A program made the translations under genes and the position numbers. A stretch of DNA of 64,000 nt from Candidatus Omnitrophota bacterium (lineage in GTDB: Bacteria; Omnitrophota; Gorgyraeia; Zapsychrales; Fredricksoniimonadaceae), in NCBI GenBank assembly GCA_015233335.1, contig JADFXX010000008.1, positions 11,798 through 75,797 on the forward strand, read 5' to 3'. The stretch's first letter is position 1; each line of letters starts with the position of its first letter. The notes under the pieces are model-generated. The model searched no databases and had not been told where the DNA came from. It saw only the letters and a program-made list of their open reading frames with translations. Shown here in pieces: positions 37,788-48,732 of the stretch.

Positions 37788-37863
37788 GCGGCGGTAATTC
37801 AGTTGGTAGAATGCCACCTTGCCAAGGTGGATGTCATGGGTTCGAGCCCCATTCGCCGCTCCA
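37788..37863 (+). tRNA. tRNA-Gly (GCC), CCA encoded
   Basis: GCGGCGG/TCGCCGC acceptor, CCACC-TTGCCAA-GGTGG anticodon arm, ends TCCA. Confidence 0.95.
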
Positions 37864-37922
37864 ATATAAAATTATATAGGCTTTTTAGCCAAACCGGATT
37901 TAATACTTTGTTGGAGAATTAA

Positions 37923-38393
37923 ATGAAAATTAATGAATTTTTAAGTAATAAAGCAATTACCACAGATTTAAAATCATCAACAAAGTTGGATGTCGTTTCA
38001 GAAATGGTGACCTTGCTGGTTGACTGCGGTGATATTGAAAAAAAGAATAAAAATAAGATAGTCGAAAGCTTAATGGCCCGTGAGGCCTTAGGTTCAACCG
38101 CCATAGGTCAGGGAATTGCCATTCCGCATACCAAATCAGATACTGTGACGCAATTGATTTCGGCGCTGGCGGTTAGTAAAAAAGGCGTTGATTTTGATTC
38201 TCTCGACGGAGAGCCAGCATTTATTTTCTTTCTTTTAATAGCTCCTTCTGATTCTGCCGGTCCGCATTTAAAGGCCTTAGCTCGTGTTTCACGACTTCTA
38301 AAGGATAAATTTTTCCGCGATAGCCTCAAGAATACCAAAACCGCTAAAGATATTATGGATCTGGTCGTTCAGGAAGATTCACGCATCGGTTGA
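37923..38393 (+). CDS. ptsN: PTS EIIA component (Ntr/fructose type)
   Basis: REALGSTAIGQGIAIPH, FDSLDGEP, HLKALA. Confidence 0.8.
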   Translation: MKINEFLSNKAITTDLKSSTKLDVVSEMVTLLVDCGDIEKKNKNKIVESLMAREALGSTAIGQGIAIPHTKSDTVTQLISALAVSKKGVDFDSLDGEPAFIFFLLIAPSDSAGPHLKALARVSRLLKDKFFRDSLKNTKTAKDIMDLVVQEDSRIG

Positions 38394-39649
38394 CGGCGAC
38401 TTACATGTCTCAAAATTTCTCTAAATGGCTTTATCCGGGTATTAAAGTCAAGCGCTGGGTGTTTGCTTCCCTTTTTGGCGTCTTGATCGTAGGTATCGGC
38501 GCTGTTTTTGCTGTCTACCCCTATCCTTTTGTCAGCGGTTTTGGCATTGTCATTATCCTCTGCGGGATCGTATTTATTGTCCTTGGGATGGGCAAGATGA
38601 TTGTTTCGCTGATTACGCTTTTTTTGCCCCAGCGCGAAAGGGACATTGTTGATATTCTTTATCAGCGCCGGTATCTTGAACGAGGGCCTAAGATTGTGGC
38701 CATTGGAGGCGGACACGGATTATCACATTTATTGTTAGGCTTAAAGGAATATACGGCCAATTTGACAGCCATTGTCACGGTGGCTGACAGCGGGGGTTCT
38801 TCCGGGCGCTTGCGTGAGGAATTTAATATTGTGGCTCCCGGTGATATCCGCAATTGTCTGGTGGCTTTAGCCGACACCCCGGCACTGATGGGGGAACTTT
38901 TTCAATACCGTTTTTCCGAAGGGGACGGACTTAAAGGTCATAATTTTGGGAATTTATTTTTGACCGCCATGGTTCAGATCACCAAGGGTGATTTTAAAAA
39001 AGCTGTAGAGGAATCTAGCAAGGTTTTGGCGATCAGGGGCAAGGTGATCCCTTCGACCGTCCACAATGTGCATTTGGTGGCGGAGTATGCAGATGGTACA
39101 AGGACACAGGGAGAGGCGCTCATTCCCAAAGTCAATGCTCTGATTAAACGCTTATATTTGACTCCTGAAGATGCTGTCCCGACGGATGATGCTTTGACAG
39201 CCATCAGTCAGGCAGACATTATAGTCATGGGCCCCGGAAGTTTGTACACAAGCGTTTTACCTAACTTGATCATTAGAGGGATGACGGAAGCAATCAAGCG
39301 ATCATTAGCCTATAAAATTTATGTCTGTAACGTGATGACCCAGCCCGGAGAGACGGATGGATTTTCGGCATCTGACCATGTGAGGGTTTTGCTTGAGCAC
39401 ACCTTTCCTCATTTGCTGGATGCTTGCCTCATCAATAATGCCGTGGTCAGTAATGAAGAAGCCTTAAGCCGTTATCATAAAGAGAATGCCTATCCTGTGG
39501 CGGCCGATAGCGAACGCATCAAGGCCTTAGGGGTAAAAGTTGTAGCCGCTGACCTTTTAAGTGTGGCTGATTATGTCCGTCACGATTCAAAGAAGTTAAC
39601 TAAGGAATTGATCAGGCTGATTGAAACCCAGCGGGTCATCAAAAGATAG
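38390..39649 (+). CDS. yvcK: YvcK/CofD-like UDP-GlcNAc-binding protein with N-terminal TM segments
   Basis: GGGHGLS, DSGGSSGRLR, GPGSLYTS, NVMTQPGET. Confidence 0.85.
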   Translation: MTATYMSQNFSKWLYPGIKVKRWVFASLFGVLIVGIGAVFAVYPYPFVSGFGIVIILCGIVFIVLGMGKMIVSLITLFLPQRERDIVDILYQRRYLERGPKIVAIGGGHGLSHLLLGLKEYTANLTAIVTVADSGGSSGRLREEFNIVAPGDIRNCLVALADTPALMGELFQYRFSEGDGLKGHNFGNLFLTAMVQITKGDFKKAVEESSKVLAIRGKVIPSTVHNVHLVAEYADGTRTQGEALIPKVNALIKRLYLTPEDAVPTDDALTAISQADIIVMGPGSLYTSVLPNLIIRGMTEAIKRSLAYKIYVCNVMTQPGETDGFSASDHVRVLLEHTFPHLLDACLINNAVVSNEEALSRYHKENAYPVAADSERIKALGVKVVAADLLSVADYVRHDSKKLTKELIRLIETQRVIKR

Positions 39650-39656
39650 CATTGAT

Positions 39657-39935
39657 ATGAACAAGATTGAACGCGATGTGACCGTTACCAATAAAAAAGG
39701 CATGCATGCCCGTCCGGCGGCATTGTTTGTTGGTCTGGTTGAAAAATTTGGCGTGAGTGTGACCATAAGTAACGGCCATGAAACAGTCAACGGCAAGTCT
39801 ATCATGGGGATTTTGATGCTGGGTGCGGCAGGCGGCTCAATATTGAAGTTAACCGTTGAGGGCCCTGCGGCCCAAGAGGCCATGGATGAATTTGAAAAAT
39901 TTTTTAATAAACAGGAAGAAGAGTTAGGCCCATGA
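39657..39935 (+). CDS. ptsH: Phosphocarrier HPr
   Basis: GMHARPA, NGKSIMG. Confidence 0.92.
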   Translation: MNKIERDVTVTNKKGMHARPAALFVGLVEKFGVSVTISNGHETVNGKSIMGILMLGAAGGSILKLTVEGPAAQEAMDEFEKFFNKQEEELGP

Positions 39936-41689
39936 AAGAAATTGTTTTAAAAGGGATCCCTGCGGCCTCGGGCATTGCTTATGGTCCAGCCTTTATATTA
40001 GATAAGGGTGAGTTTATTGTGCCCAAACGCATCATTTCCTCTTTGGAAGTTGATTCAGAAATTGCCCGTTTCGAAGAAGCTGTTAACAATGCCAAGAAGG
40101 AAATTTTAGCCCTGAAGGCTAAGATCAACCAAAACATGAGGCCCGGACATGCGCAGATCTTTGATGCGCACCTTCTGGTTCTTGAAGACGCGCTATTGCT
40201 GGACCAGGTCACAGGCGCCATACGGGAGACCGAGCTATCCGCGGAATATGTGTTTTCAAGCGTCATTAAGAAATTTGTTGAAGCTTTTACTAAGATTCCT
40301 GATGAATATTTGCGCGAGCGTGCCACCGATGTCAACGATATCAGCAAGCGTGTTTTAAAATATTTGATGGATGAAAGCAAACTGCATGATCTAGACAGTC
40401 TTCAGGATGACCTGATTATCGTGGCCCATGATCTATCCCCTTCGGATGCGGTGAGTTTGTATAACAAAAAGATCAAAGGTTTCTTGACGGATATCGGAGG
40501 CCGGACCTCGCACACGGCCATTATTGCCAAGTCGCTGGGGGTCCCGGCGGTTGTTGGTTTAAAAGATGCCACCCTGCAGATCAACAATCAAGATGATGTT
40601 GTTATCGACGGAAAAAAAGGGCTTGTAATTATCAATCCCGGAGTGGAGACCAAAGAGCTTTACATTAAAGAGCAGCACAAGATCACGATTTCCTTAAAAA
40701 AACTTGATGATCTCAAAGACCTTCCGGCCGAAACCCTAGACGGTAAGAAAATTTCTCTGATGGCGAATTTGGAACTGTCTGAAGAAATATCAACGGTGCG
40801 CAAATATGGCGGTGAAGGGGTAGGCTTATACCGTACGGAATTCTTATACATGAATCGTCTTGATTTGCCTTCTGAAGAAGAGCAATATAAGGCTTATCGC
40901 AATGTTGCTGAGGCTGTCGCCCCGTTTGCGGTAACGATCAGGACCCTTGATCTAGGGGGGGATAAATTTATCTCCAGTGTGCAGATCCCTAAGGACATGT
41001 CCCCGTTTTTAGGATGCCGTGCCGTCCGTTTTTGTCTGGAACGGCCTGATATTTTTCAAATACAGCTGCGTGCTATTCTACGCGCCTCTGTACACGGACG
41101 AGTGTCGATGATGTATCCCATGATTTCGGGGTTAGCAGAATTGCGCCGGGCCAATGCTATTTTAGAGCAGGTCAAACACTCTTTACGCTCTGAAAATATT
41201 CCTTTTGATGAAAAGATAAAAGTCGGGATCATGATTGAAGTCCCGGCCGCTGTCATGACTGCCGAAGATCTGGCCCGTGAAACGGATTTTTTCTCGATCG
41301 GAACAAATGATTTGATCCAATATACCCTGGCTGTCGATCGCGTCAATGAAAAAACGGCGCATTTATATGAACCCGCTCATCCGGGGGTTTTGAAAATGAT
41401 CCAAAAGACCATTGATGCCGCGCACAATGAGGGCATTCCTGTTGCCATTTGCGGGGAAGTGGCCTCTGACCCTCTGCTGGCTTTTTTGTTACTGGGGATG
41501 GGGATTGATGAGTTTAGCATGCCTGCGGCATTGATGCTCTCTGTCAAGAAAATGATCCGCTGCATCAAGTTTCAGGACGCGCAGCGGATTGCCTATGAAG
41601 CTCTTCAATTGACGACAGGCCAGGAAGTCGAAGAATTTATTGATCTTCAATTACATGCCCTGATGGAAGGGTATAAAGCAGGGGGATAA
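39932..41689 (+). CDS. ptsI: PTS enzyme I
   Basis: GGRTSHTAI, GLYRTEF, SIGTNDLIQY. Confidence 0.93.
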   Translation: MKEIVLKGIPAASGIAYGPAFILDKGEFIVPKRIISSLEVDSEIARFEEAVNNAKKEILALKAKINQNMRPGHAQIFDAHLLVLEDALLLDQVTGAIRETELSAEYVFSSVIKKFVEAFTKIPDEYLRERATDVNDISKRVLKYLMDESKLHDLDSLQDDLIIVAHDLSPSDAVSLYNKKIKGFLTDIGGRTSHTAIIAKSLGVPAVVGLKDATLQINNQDDVVIDGKKGLVIINPGVETKELYIKEQHKITISLKKLDDLKDLPAETLDGKKISLMANLELSEEISTVRKYGGEGVGLYRTEFLYMNRLDLPSEEEQYKAYRNVAEAVAPFAVTIRTLDLGGDKFISSVQIPKDMSPFLGCRAVRFCLERPDIFQIQLRAILRASVHGRVSMMYPMISGLAELRRANAILEQVKHSLRSENIPFDEKIKVGIMIEVPAAVMTAEDLARETDFFSIGTNDLIQYTLAVDRVNEKTAHLYEPAHPGVLKMIQKTIDAAHNEGIPVAICGEVASDPLLAFLLLGMGIDEFSMPAALMLSVKKMIRCIKFQDAQRIAYEALQLTTGQEVEEFIDLQLHALMEGYKAGG

Positions 41690-41696
41690 GAGATCT

Positions 41697-42437
41697 ATGA
41701 AAGCGTTAATATTAGCTGCCGGTTACGGAACACGCTTAGCTTCGGTCATTCAGGATACGCCTAAGCCGTTGATCCCGGTCGGTCAGAGACCTTTGATCGA
41801 TTATGTGGTTGATAAGCTTGGGGACATTAAACTTTTAACCGAAATCGTTGTTGTGACCAACAATAAATTTACCGGCCATTTTCAAAAATGGTCAGCCTCT
41901 CAAGCTAAAAAGTTACCCATACGGGTGGTCAATGACGGAACAAACACTCCTGAAGAGCGTTTAGGGTCGGTGGGTGACATTCGTTTTGTCTGGGCTCAAG
42001 AGTCTTCCCCGCAGGACTGGCTGATTATCGGAGGGGACAATCTATTTGACCAGGATATGTCTGTTTTTATGGATTTTGCCATTCAAAAAACTCCGGCTGT
42101 GAGTATTGGTGTTTTTGACATCAAGGATATCAGTGCCGCAACCAAGTTTGGGGTAGTAGGTTTAGACAACCATCAAAAGATCACCAGTTTTCAGGAGAAA
42201 CCAAAGGATCCCGTTTCAAGTCATATCGCCATGTGCGTGTATTATTTTCCAAAACAGACGCTCGGCTTTTTAGGGGAATATTTAAGCCAATCCAAAGCGG
42301 TGGATGCGGCAGGCAGTTATATCCAATGGTTATCAGAAAATAAAACTGTTTATGGTTTTCAATTTTCCGGAAAATGGTATGATATCGGAAGTATTGAATC
42401 CCTGAATGAAGCTAGACGAGCATTTTCCAACAAATAG
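41697..42437 (+). CDS. Sugar-phosphate nucleotidyltransferase
   Basis: [21 protein letters not shown]. Confidence 0.85.
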   Translation: MKALILAAGYGTRLASVIQDTPKPLIPVGQRPLIDYVVDKLGDIKLLTEIVVVTNNKFTGHFQKWSASQAKKLPIRVVNDGTNTPEERLGSVGDIRFVWAQESSPQDWLIIGGDNLFDQDMSVFMDFAIQKTPAVSIGVFDIKDISAATKFGVVGLDNHQKITSFQEKPKDPVSSHIAMCVYYFPKQTLGFLGEYLSQSKAVDAAGSYIQWLSENKTVYGFQFSGKWYDIGSIESLNEARRAFSNK

Positions 42438-42459
42438 ACAATATAGAAAGGTGGTTTTT

Positions 42460-43611
42460 GTGAAAGGACGTTATCTATTTACCTCTGAATCCGTTGGCAA
42501 CGGCCATCCGGATAAGGTTTGTGATCAAATTTCTGACTCGGTTTTGGATGCTGTTTTTAAAGTTGATCCCAAGGGCCGTGTCGCCTGTGAGACATTTTGT
42601 TCCACAGGTTTAGTTATTGTCGGCGGGGAAATAACGACGACAACCTATGTGGATGTCCATAAGTTGGTCCGTCAGGTACTTCTGGATATTGGTTACAACC
42701 ATCCCAAATATGGTTTTGATGCCAATACCTGTTCGATCTTAAACGCTATTAATAAACAGTCACCGGACATCTCCCAAGGGGTGGATACCGGCGGCGCGGG
42801 TGATCAGGGCATTATGTTTGGATATGCCTGTAATGAAACCCCCGAACTTATGCCGTTGGCGATCATGTTGGCCCATCGTTTGGTCCAGCGGGTTGAAGAG
42901 GTGCGTAAAAAAGGCATTCTGAAATATTTGGGACCTGATTGCAAGTCTCAGGTGACTATCGAATATGAAGATGACAAGCCGCTCAGGGTTGATGCGGTGG
43001 TTCTGGCCTGTCAGCATACCGAAGAAATTCTTGATCGGACCGGCAAGCGTATCACCGAACGCGCCAAGCAGGAGATTATTAAAGTCATAGCTCATCCGAT
43101 CGTCGGAAAAATGATCGACAAGAAAACGAAATTTTACGTCAATGAAACCGGCAAGTTCGTTGTCGGAGGCCCGCAGTCTGATACCGGGGTCACCGGCCGC
43201 AAGATCATTGTAGACACCTACGGCGGTGTTGTTCCTCATGGAGGTGGCGCGTTCTCCGGCAAAGACCCCACTAAGGTGGATCGTTCCGCGGCTTACATGG
43301 CCCGTTATATTTGTAAGAATATCGTCGCGGCAGGGCTTGCCCGCAAGTGTATGCTGCAAGTCGGCTATGCCATAGGATTTCCCCAACCGGTGTCGGTAAT
43401 GGTGGAGACCTATGGGACGGGTAAAGTTTCCGAACAGCATTTAGTGTCCTTAGTGCGTAAGCATTTTGATTTATCCCCGCGCGGGATCATTAGTACCTTG
43501 GATTTGCGCCGTCCGATTTATCTAAAGACAGCCTCCTACGGCCATTTCGGACGCCCCGGATTTTCATGGGAAAAAACAGATAAGGCTGAGGCCTTAAAGA
43601 AAGATGCGTAA
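42460..43611 (+). CDS. metK: S-adenosylmethionine synthetase
   Basis: [26 protein letters not shown]; GTG start after GAAAGG. Confidence 0.96.
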   Translation: MKGRYLFTSESVGNGHPDKVCDQISDSVLDAVFKVDPKGRVACETFCSTGLVIVGGEITTTTYVDVHKLVRQVLLDIGYNHPKYGFDANTCSILNAINKQSPDISQGVDTGGAGDQGIMFGYACNETPELMPLAIMLAHRLVQRVEEVRKKGILKYLGPDCKSQVTIEYEDDKPLRVDAVVLACQHTEEILDRTGKRITERAKQEIIKVIAHPIVGKMIDKKTKFYVNETGKFVVGGPQSDTGVTGRKIIVDTYGGVVPHGGGAFSGKDPTKVDRSAAYMARYICKNIVAAGLARKCMLQVGYAIGFPQPVSVMVETYGTGKVSEQHLVSLVRKHFDLSPRGIISTLDLRRPIYLKTASYGHFGRPGFSWEKTDKAEALKKDA

Positions 43612-44938
43612 AACTATGATTAAACCTATCAATAAACCGCCAGTCTCTGATTTTAAGGTCAAGGACTTAGGGTTAGCTCCATGGGGCCGCAAAGAAATTG
43701 AAATTGCTCAAACCGAAATGCCGGGGCTTATGGCCATCCGCAAGGAATATGAAGGCAAACAGCCTTTAAAGGGTGCTCGGATTGCCGGTTGCATTCATAT
43801 GACCATTGAAACTGCGGTATTGATCGAAACCCTGATTAAATTAGGGGCACAGGTCCGCTGGTCATCCTGCAATATTTTTTCAACACAGGACCATGCAGCA
43901 GCCGCGATTGCCGCTGCCGGTATTCCGGTTTTTGCCTGGAAAGGTGAAAGTCTTGAAGAATATGACTGGTGTGTGGAGCAAACGATCCATTGGCCTGACG
44001 GTCAGGGGCCCAATATGCTTTTAGATGACGGAGGGGATTTGACCATTATGGTGCATGATAAATATCCCCAATACTTAAAAGACATCCATGGTCTTTCGGA
44101 AGAGACTACGACCGGGGTCCATCGTTTATATGAGATGACAAAGAAGGGGACATTAAAGGTACCGGCGATCAATGTCAATGATTCGGTGACAAAGTCGAAG
44201 TTTGACAATTTATACGGCTGCCGTGAGTCATTGATCGATGGTATCAAGCGCGCGACTGACCGCATGATCGCCGGAAAAGTGTGCGTTGTTGCCGGTTACG
44301 GGGATGTTGGGAAGGGTTGTGTCCAGTCTTTTAAAGGGCTTGGGGGGCGGGTTGTTGTCACAGAAATAGACCCCATCTGTGCTTTACAGGCGGCGATGGA
44401 GGGCTATCAAGTCATGCCTATGAATGATGCCGCTAAAATCGGCGACATTTTCGTCACCGCGACAGGCTGTGTTAATGTTATTACAGGCAAACATTTAGAC
44501 ATGATGAAAAGCGGGGCTATTGTCTGTAATATCGGTCATTTTGATTCAGAAATAGAGATCGCTTATTTGAACAAACGCAAAGATATTAAAAAAATACAGA
44601 TCAAGCCTCAGGTCGATGAATATGTCTATCCAGATAAAAAGAAGATCATTGTTCTGGCCGAAGGCAGGCTGGTCAATTTGGGTTGTGCCATGGGCCATCC
44701 TTCATTTGTGATGAGCAATTCATTTACCAATCAGGTTTTAGCACAGATCGAGCTCTGGCAGAACGGTCGTAAATATGAAAATAAAGTTTACACACTGCCT
44801 AAATATCTGGATGAAAAAGTGGCGAGCCTCCATTTAGCCAAGGTCGGCGCCAAGCTTGACGTTTTGACTGCCGAACAGGCCAAATATCTAGGTGTGAAGC
44901 CCCAGGGGCCGTTTAAGCCGGACCATTACAGATATTAA
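43604..44938 (+). CDS. ahcY: Adenosylhomocysteinase
   Basis: [32 protein letters not shown]. Confidence 0.96.
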   Translation: MRKTMIKPINKPPVSDFKVKDLGLAPWGRKEIEIAQTEMPGLMAIRKEYEGKQPLKGARIAGCIHMTIETAVLIETLIKLGAQVRWSSCNIFSTQDHAAAAIAAAGIPVFAWKGESLEEYDWCVEQTIHWPDGQGPNMLLDDGGDLTIMVHDKYPQYLKDIHGLSEETTTGVHRLYEMTKKGTLKVPAINVNDSVTKSKFDNLYGCRESLIDGIKRATDRMIAGKVCVVAGYGDVGKGCVQSFKGLGGRVVVTEIDPICALQAAMEGYQVMPMNDAAKIGDIFVTATGCVNVITGKHLDMMKSGAIVCNIGHFDSEIEIAYLNKRKDIKKIQIKPQVDEYVYPDKKKIIVLAEGRLVNLGCAMGHPSFVMSNSFTNQVLAQIELWQNGRKYENKVYTLPKYLDEKVASLHLAKVGAKLDVLTAEQAKYLGVKPQGPFKPDHYRY

Positions 44939-44943
44939 TTAGA

Positions 44944-45915
44944 ATGGCTAATAAGATTAAAAAGATCGGAATTTTAACATCTGGCGGGGACGGGCCCGGC
45001 ATGAATGCGGCCATACGTTCGGCGGTGCGCTATTCTTTGCATTTTGGCCTTGAAGTTGCCGGTATTATGCGCGGGTATCAGGGGCTTATGGAGAATGACA
45101 TCATGCCTTTGAACCACCGCTCGGTATCTAATATTATCAACCGCGGCGGGACCATATTAAAAACCGCCCGTTCCAAAGAATTTGCGACAACCGATGGGGT
45201 GGCCCGTGCCGCGGATATATTACGCCGTAATAATATTGACGCTTTAGTGGCAATCGGAGGGGATGGCACTTACAAGGGTGCGAGTTGTTTATACGAAAAT
45301 CATGGGATTGCGGTTGTTGGCCTGCCGGGGACGATCGACAATGATTTAAACGGCACAGACCAGACCATCGGCTGTTCGACGGCGATCAATACGGCCCTTG
45401 AATCCATTGACAAGATCCGTGATACAGCCCAGAGTATGGAGCGGATTTTTGTGGTGGAGGTCATGGGCAACAGGTCGGGATATATCGCCATGGAAGTAGC
45501 CCTTGCAGCCGGTGCGGAAGATGTTATAATACCCGAACGTTCTTTTGATTATGAGACCATGTATAAGGGAATTAAAGAAGGCAATGCCAAGGGCAAGATC
45601 AGCTGGATCATCGTTGTCGCTGAAGGAGCGGCCCGGGCTCAAGTGGTCGCAGAAAATATTACCAAGTCGATTGGTTTAGAGACCCGTTATGTGGTTTTAG
45701 GTCATGTGCAGCGGGGCGGCACACCCAGCGGTCAGGATAGAATATTATCGACACGATTAGGAGCGGCTGCGGTTGATCTATTGCTTAACGGTATATACGG
45801 TCGAGCAGTCGGTGTTTTGCAGGATAAAATCAATGTGGTCGAACTTAAAGACGCAACACGTCGTGTTCATGAGGACATGGGCCGGCGTTATGATTTATTA
45901 AAGATTTTAACATAA
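44944..45915 (+). CDS. pfkA: ATP-dependent 6-phosphofructokinase
   Basis: TSGGD.PGMN, GGDG, TIDND, LGHVQRGG. Confidence 0.93.
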   Translation: MANKIKKIGILTSGGDGPGMNAAIRSAVRYSLHFGLEVAGIMRGYQGLMENDIMPLNHRSVSNIINRGGTILKTARSKEFATTDGVARAADILRRNNIDALVAIGGDGTYKGASCLYENHGIAVVGLPGTIDNDLNGTDQTIGCSTAINTALESIDKIRDTAQSMERIFVVEVMGNRSGYIAMEVALAAGAEDVIIPERSFDYETMYKGIKEGNAKGKISWIIVVAEGAARAQVVAENITKSIGLETRYVVLGHVQRGGTPSGQDRILSTRLGAAAVDLLLNGIYGRAVGVLQDKINVVELKDATRRVHEDMGRRYDLLKILT

Positions 45916-45927
45916 GAGGAGGGGCAA

Positions 45928-47250
45928 ATGGCTGTCAATTTTGGTTTTGATGTGGATGCGGCAGTAAAGAAATTGGTCATGACCGATAATGTCAAGGAAA
46001 AAGAGATCTTAGCCAAGGAAATTCAGGCCAAAGCTAAGGACAAAGGAATATTTTTAGCCTCCATTCAGGATGTTTATATGGCGCGAGGGAAAGGTAAAGG
46101 TAAGAATTTCACCGTACCTGCCATGAATTTACGTTCATTAACTTATTATTTAGCCCGTGCCATATTTCGTACAGCCAAACGTCTTAATGCGGGAGCTTTT
46201 ATTTTTGAAATTGCCAAGTCTGAAATGGGTTACACCAATCAGCCGCCGGTGGAATATTCTGCTGTTATTCTGGCAGCAGCTATTAAAGAAGGCTACAGCG
46301 GCCCGGTGTTTGTGCAGGCAGACCATTGTCAGATCAAAGCCACTGCTTATTTTGAAAATAAGGCCAAAGAAGTTGCTGGTCTGAAGGATTTAGTTGCGGA
46401 TTGTGTTGCCGCCGGTTTCTATAATATTGATGTGGATTCCTCAACCACCGTAGTATTAGAACGCCCGACCTTAAATGAGCAGCAGAGGGATAATTTTGAA
46501 ATTTGCGCTGAAATGACTAAATTTATCCGGGAGATACAGCCCAAAGGTCTTGAGATATCTGTTGGTGGGGAGATCGGTGAAGTCGGCCACAAAAACAGTA
46601 CGGTCGAAGAATTAACGGCATTCATGGATGGTTACAATAGTTCGTTACCCAAAGGCTTGACGGGTTTAAGCAAGCTTTCCGTACAGACCGGCACCTCACA
46701 CGGCGGGGTGGTATTACCCGACGGCACTATTGCCAGCGTGAAGGTGGATTTTGATACTTTAAAGGCTCTTTCCAAAGCAGGTCAGCAGAAATATGGATTA
46801 GGCGGCGCGGTACAGCATGGAGCTTCCACCTTGCCGGATGAAGCCTTTAACAAATTCCCGGAAATTAATACCATAGAGATCCACTTGGCGACCAATTTTC
46901 AAAACAAGATCTTAGACAGTAAATTATTCCCTAAAGATCTGTATGCCAAAATGGTTGAGTGGAGCAAGATCAACTGTGCCGGTGAACGCAAACCTAAGGA
47001 CAGCGAAGAGCAATTTATATACAAAGCCCGTAAACGCGCATTAGGGCAATTTAAAAAGGATATTTACGGCCTGCCTGAAAATATCAAAGATGGTATAGCC
47101 GCGGAAATTGAAAAGAATTTTGAATTTTTATTTAAGCAGCTCAATGTCCAGGACACCAAAGATTTTGTAACTTCTATTATTAAACCCGTGCATGCAACGA
47201 TCGGTTTGCGCCATGCACAGGCCCATTTAGACGGAGAAGGGGACGATTAA
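45928..47250 (+). CDS. Class II fructose/tagatose-bisphosphate aldolase family protein (long form)
   Basis: DH, GGEIGEVG, GTSHGG, QHGASTLP. Confidence 0.8.
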   Translation: MAVNFGFDVDAAVKKLVMTDNVKEKEILAKEIQAKAKDKGIFLASIQDVYMARGKGKGKNFTVPAMNLRSLTYYLARAIFRTAKRLNAGAFIFEIAKSEMGYTNQPPVEYSAVILAAAIKEGYSGPVFVQADHCQIKATAYFENKAKEVAGLKDLVADCVAAGFYNIDVDSSTTVVLERPTLNEQQRDNFEICAEMTKFIREIQPKGLEISVGGEIGEVGHKNSTVEELTAFMDGYNSSLPKGLTGLSKLSVQTGTSHGGVVLPDGTIASVKVDFDTLKALSKAGQQKYGLGGAVQHGASTLPDEAFNKFPEINTIEIHLATNFQNKILDSKLFPKDLYAKMVEWSKINCAGERKPKDSEEQFIYKARKRALGQFKKDIYGLPENIKDGIAAEIEKNFEFLFKQLNVQDTKDFVTSIIKPVHATIGLRHAQAHLDGEGDD

Positions 47251-47254
47251 ACAA

Positions 47255-47357
47255 TTGTCGTCATTCTGAGGCGAAGGTCCTCAAACCGGACACTCACAGT
47301 TGTTCGCCGAAGAATCTTAATGAGCATTAAGCTTCGTTGCTCTGCTCAGGACGACAA
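47255..47357. repeat. Family-B complete doublet with expanded loop
   Basis: TTGTCGTCATTCTGAGGCGAA...TTCGCCGAAGAATC-TTAATGAGCATTAA-...GCTCAGGACGACAA. Confidence 0.75.
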
Positions 47358-47371
47358 ATATAAAGGGACAT

Positions 47372-48364
47372 ATGGCTAAAATATTCTACGATAAAGATTG
47401 TAACATCGATGACATTAAGGATAAAACGATCGCGGTGGTCGGCTACGGCATTCAGGGCCGCGGCCAAGCCCTGAATTTGCGTGATAGCGGGTTAAAGGTG
47501 ATTGTGGCGCAAAGGCCGGGCGGGGTCAATTATGACCGTGCCATCAAGGATGGTTTTAAACCCATGTCTGTTCAAGAAGCCGCGAAAATCGCGGATGTGA
47601 TCATCATTTTAACGCAGGATCATTTACAGGCGGATATTTACAAAGATTCGATTAAGCCGTATTTGGCCCCGGGCAAGGCTTTGGCCTTTTCACACGGGTT
47701 TAATATCCATTTTAAATTCATAGTTCCTCCCAAAGACGTAGATGTCTTTATGATCGCGCCCAAAGGGCCGGGAGCATTGGTTCGCCGTCAGTTTGAAGAG
47801 GGGCGTGGAGTGCCGTGTTTGGTGGCGGTCGATCAGAATGCCACAGGCAAGGCTTTAAAAATCGCCTTGGCCTATGCCAAAGGTATCGGCGGTTCACGTG
47901 CGGGGATCATTCAGACGACCTTCAAAGAAGAAACTGAAACTGATTTGTTCGGCGAGCAAGCGGTTTTGTGCGGTGGGGCCAGCGAATTGATCAAGGCCGG
48001 TTTTGAAACCTTAGTCAAAGCCGGATACCAGCCGGAAATCGCGTATTTTGAATGTTGCCATGAATTGAAGTTGATCGTGGATTTGATCTATGAAGACGGT
48101 ATCCAGGGCATGCGCAAACGCGTCTCTGATACGGCCGAATACGGCGATATGACGCGTGGTCCACGCATTGTCAATGAGAGAACCCGCCGTGAAATGCAGA
48201 AAATACTCAAAGAGATCCAAAAAGGTCAATTTGCCAAGGAATGGATGGCAGAAAACAAGAACGGCCGCAAGAATTTCCTTAAGATGCGAAAAGCCGGCGA
48301 AAAGCACCTCGTTGAAAAGGTAGGCGCTCGACTTCGGGCTATGATGAGCTGGATGAAAAAGTAA
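47372..48364 (+). CDS. ilvC: Ketol-acid reductoisomerase
   Basis: [29 protein letters not shown]. Confidence 0.96.
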   Translation: MAKIFYDKDCNIDDIKDKTIAVVGYGIQGRGQALNLRDSGLKVIVAQRPGGVNYDRAIKDGFKPMSVQEAAKIADVIIILTQDHLQADIYKDSIKPYLAPGKALAFSHGFNIHFKFIVPPKDVDVFMIAPKGPGALVRRQFEEGRGVPCLVAVDQNATGKALKIALAYAKGIGGSRAGIIQTTFKEETETDLFGEQAVLCGGASELIKAGFETLVKAGYQPEIAYFECCHELKLIVDLIYEDGIQGMRKRVSDTAEYGDMTRGPRIVNERTRREMQKILKEIQKGQFAKEWMAENKNGRKNFLKMRKAGEKHLVEKVGARLRAMMSWMKK

Positions 48365-48401
48365 AACTGTTGATACCAATACGCATAAGTAGTATATAAT
48401 C

Positions 48402-48427
48402 TAAGGGCGGCTCAACAGCCGCCCTTA
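48402..48427. terminator. GC-rich hairpin after ilvC (terminator-like, weak U tract)
   Basis: TAAGGGCGGCT-CAAC-AGCCGCCCTTA. Confidence 0.45.
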
Positions 48428-48484
48428 ATGTTTAATACGAAGATAAATTTAGCATTGTTTGTGTTGATTATTTATAGCATGGAC

Positions 48485-48702
48485 GAAGGGATAGGGTTGT
48501 TGTTTTCAACTCACGGTCATTTTCTTAACGTCAAAAATTGCCTATTTTTTAGGTGTCTGAACAACTCGCCTTCAGCTTCTCTGGAAGCTTCAGGCTCGAA
48601 CAAGTTCAGACATCCCTCGCCCTTCGGCTCGGGATTCCCTAAAAAACAGTCAATTTTTAACTAAAAATGACAGTGAGTTGAAAACAACAACCCTATCCCT
48701 TC
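48485..48702 (+). mobile_element. Family-C long multibranch hairpin element, copy 1
   Basis: 30-bp perfect arms 48485-48514 / 48673-48702 with nested stems. Confidence 0.75.
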
Positions 48703-48732
48703 TCCGATTACTATTGCAACATTTGTACGCGT

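Noticed and set aside
37570-37863. tRNA cluster as an integration site
   Set aside because: No integrase adjacent, and I noticed no duplicated tRNA 3' end in the window.
42406-42460. SAM riboswitch before metK
   Set aside because: Only 22 nt separate metK from the upstream gene; there is no room and no motif.
42760-43440. 226-aa antisense ORF
   Set aside because: Lies wholly opposite the conserved metK; no recognisable motifs.
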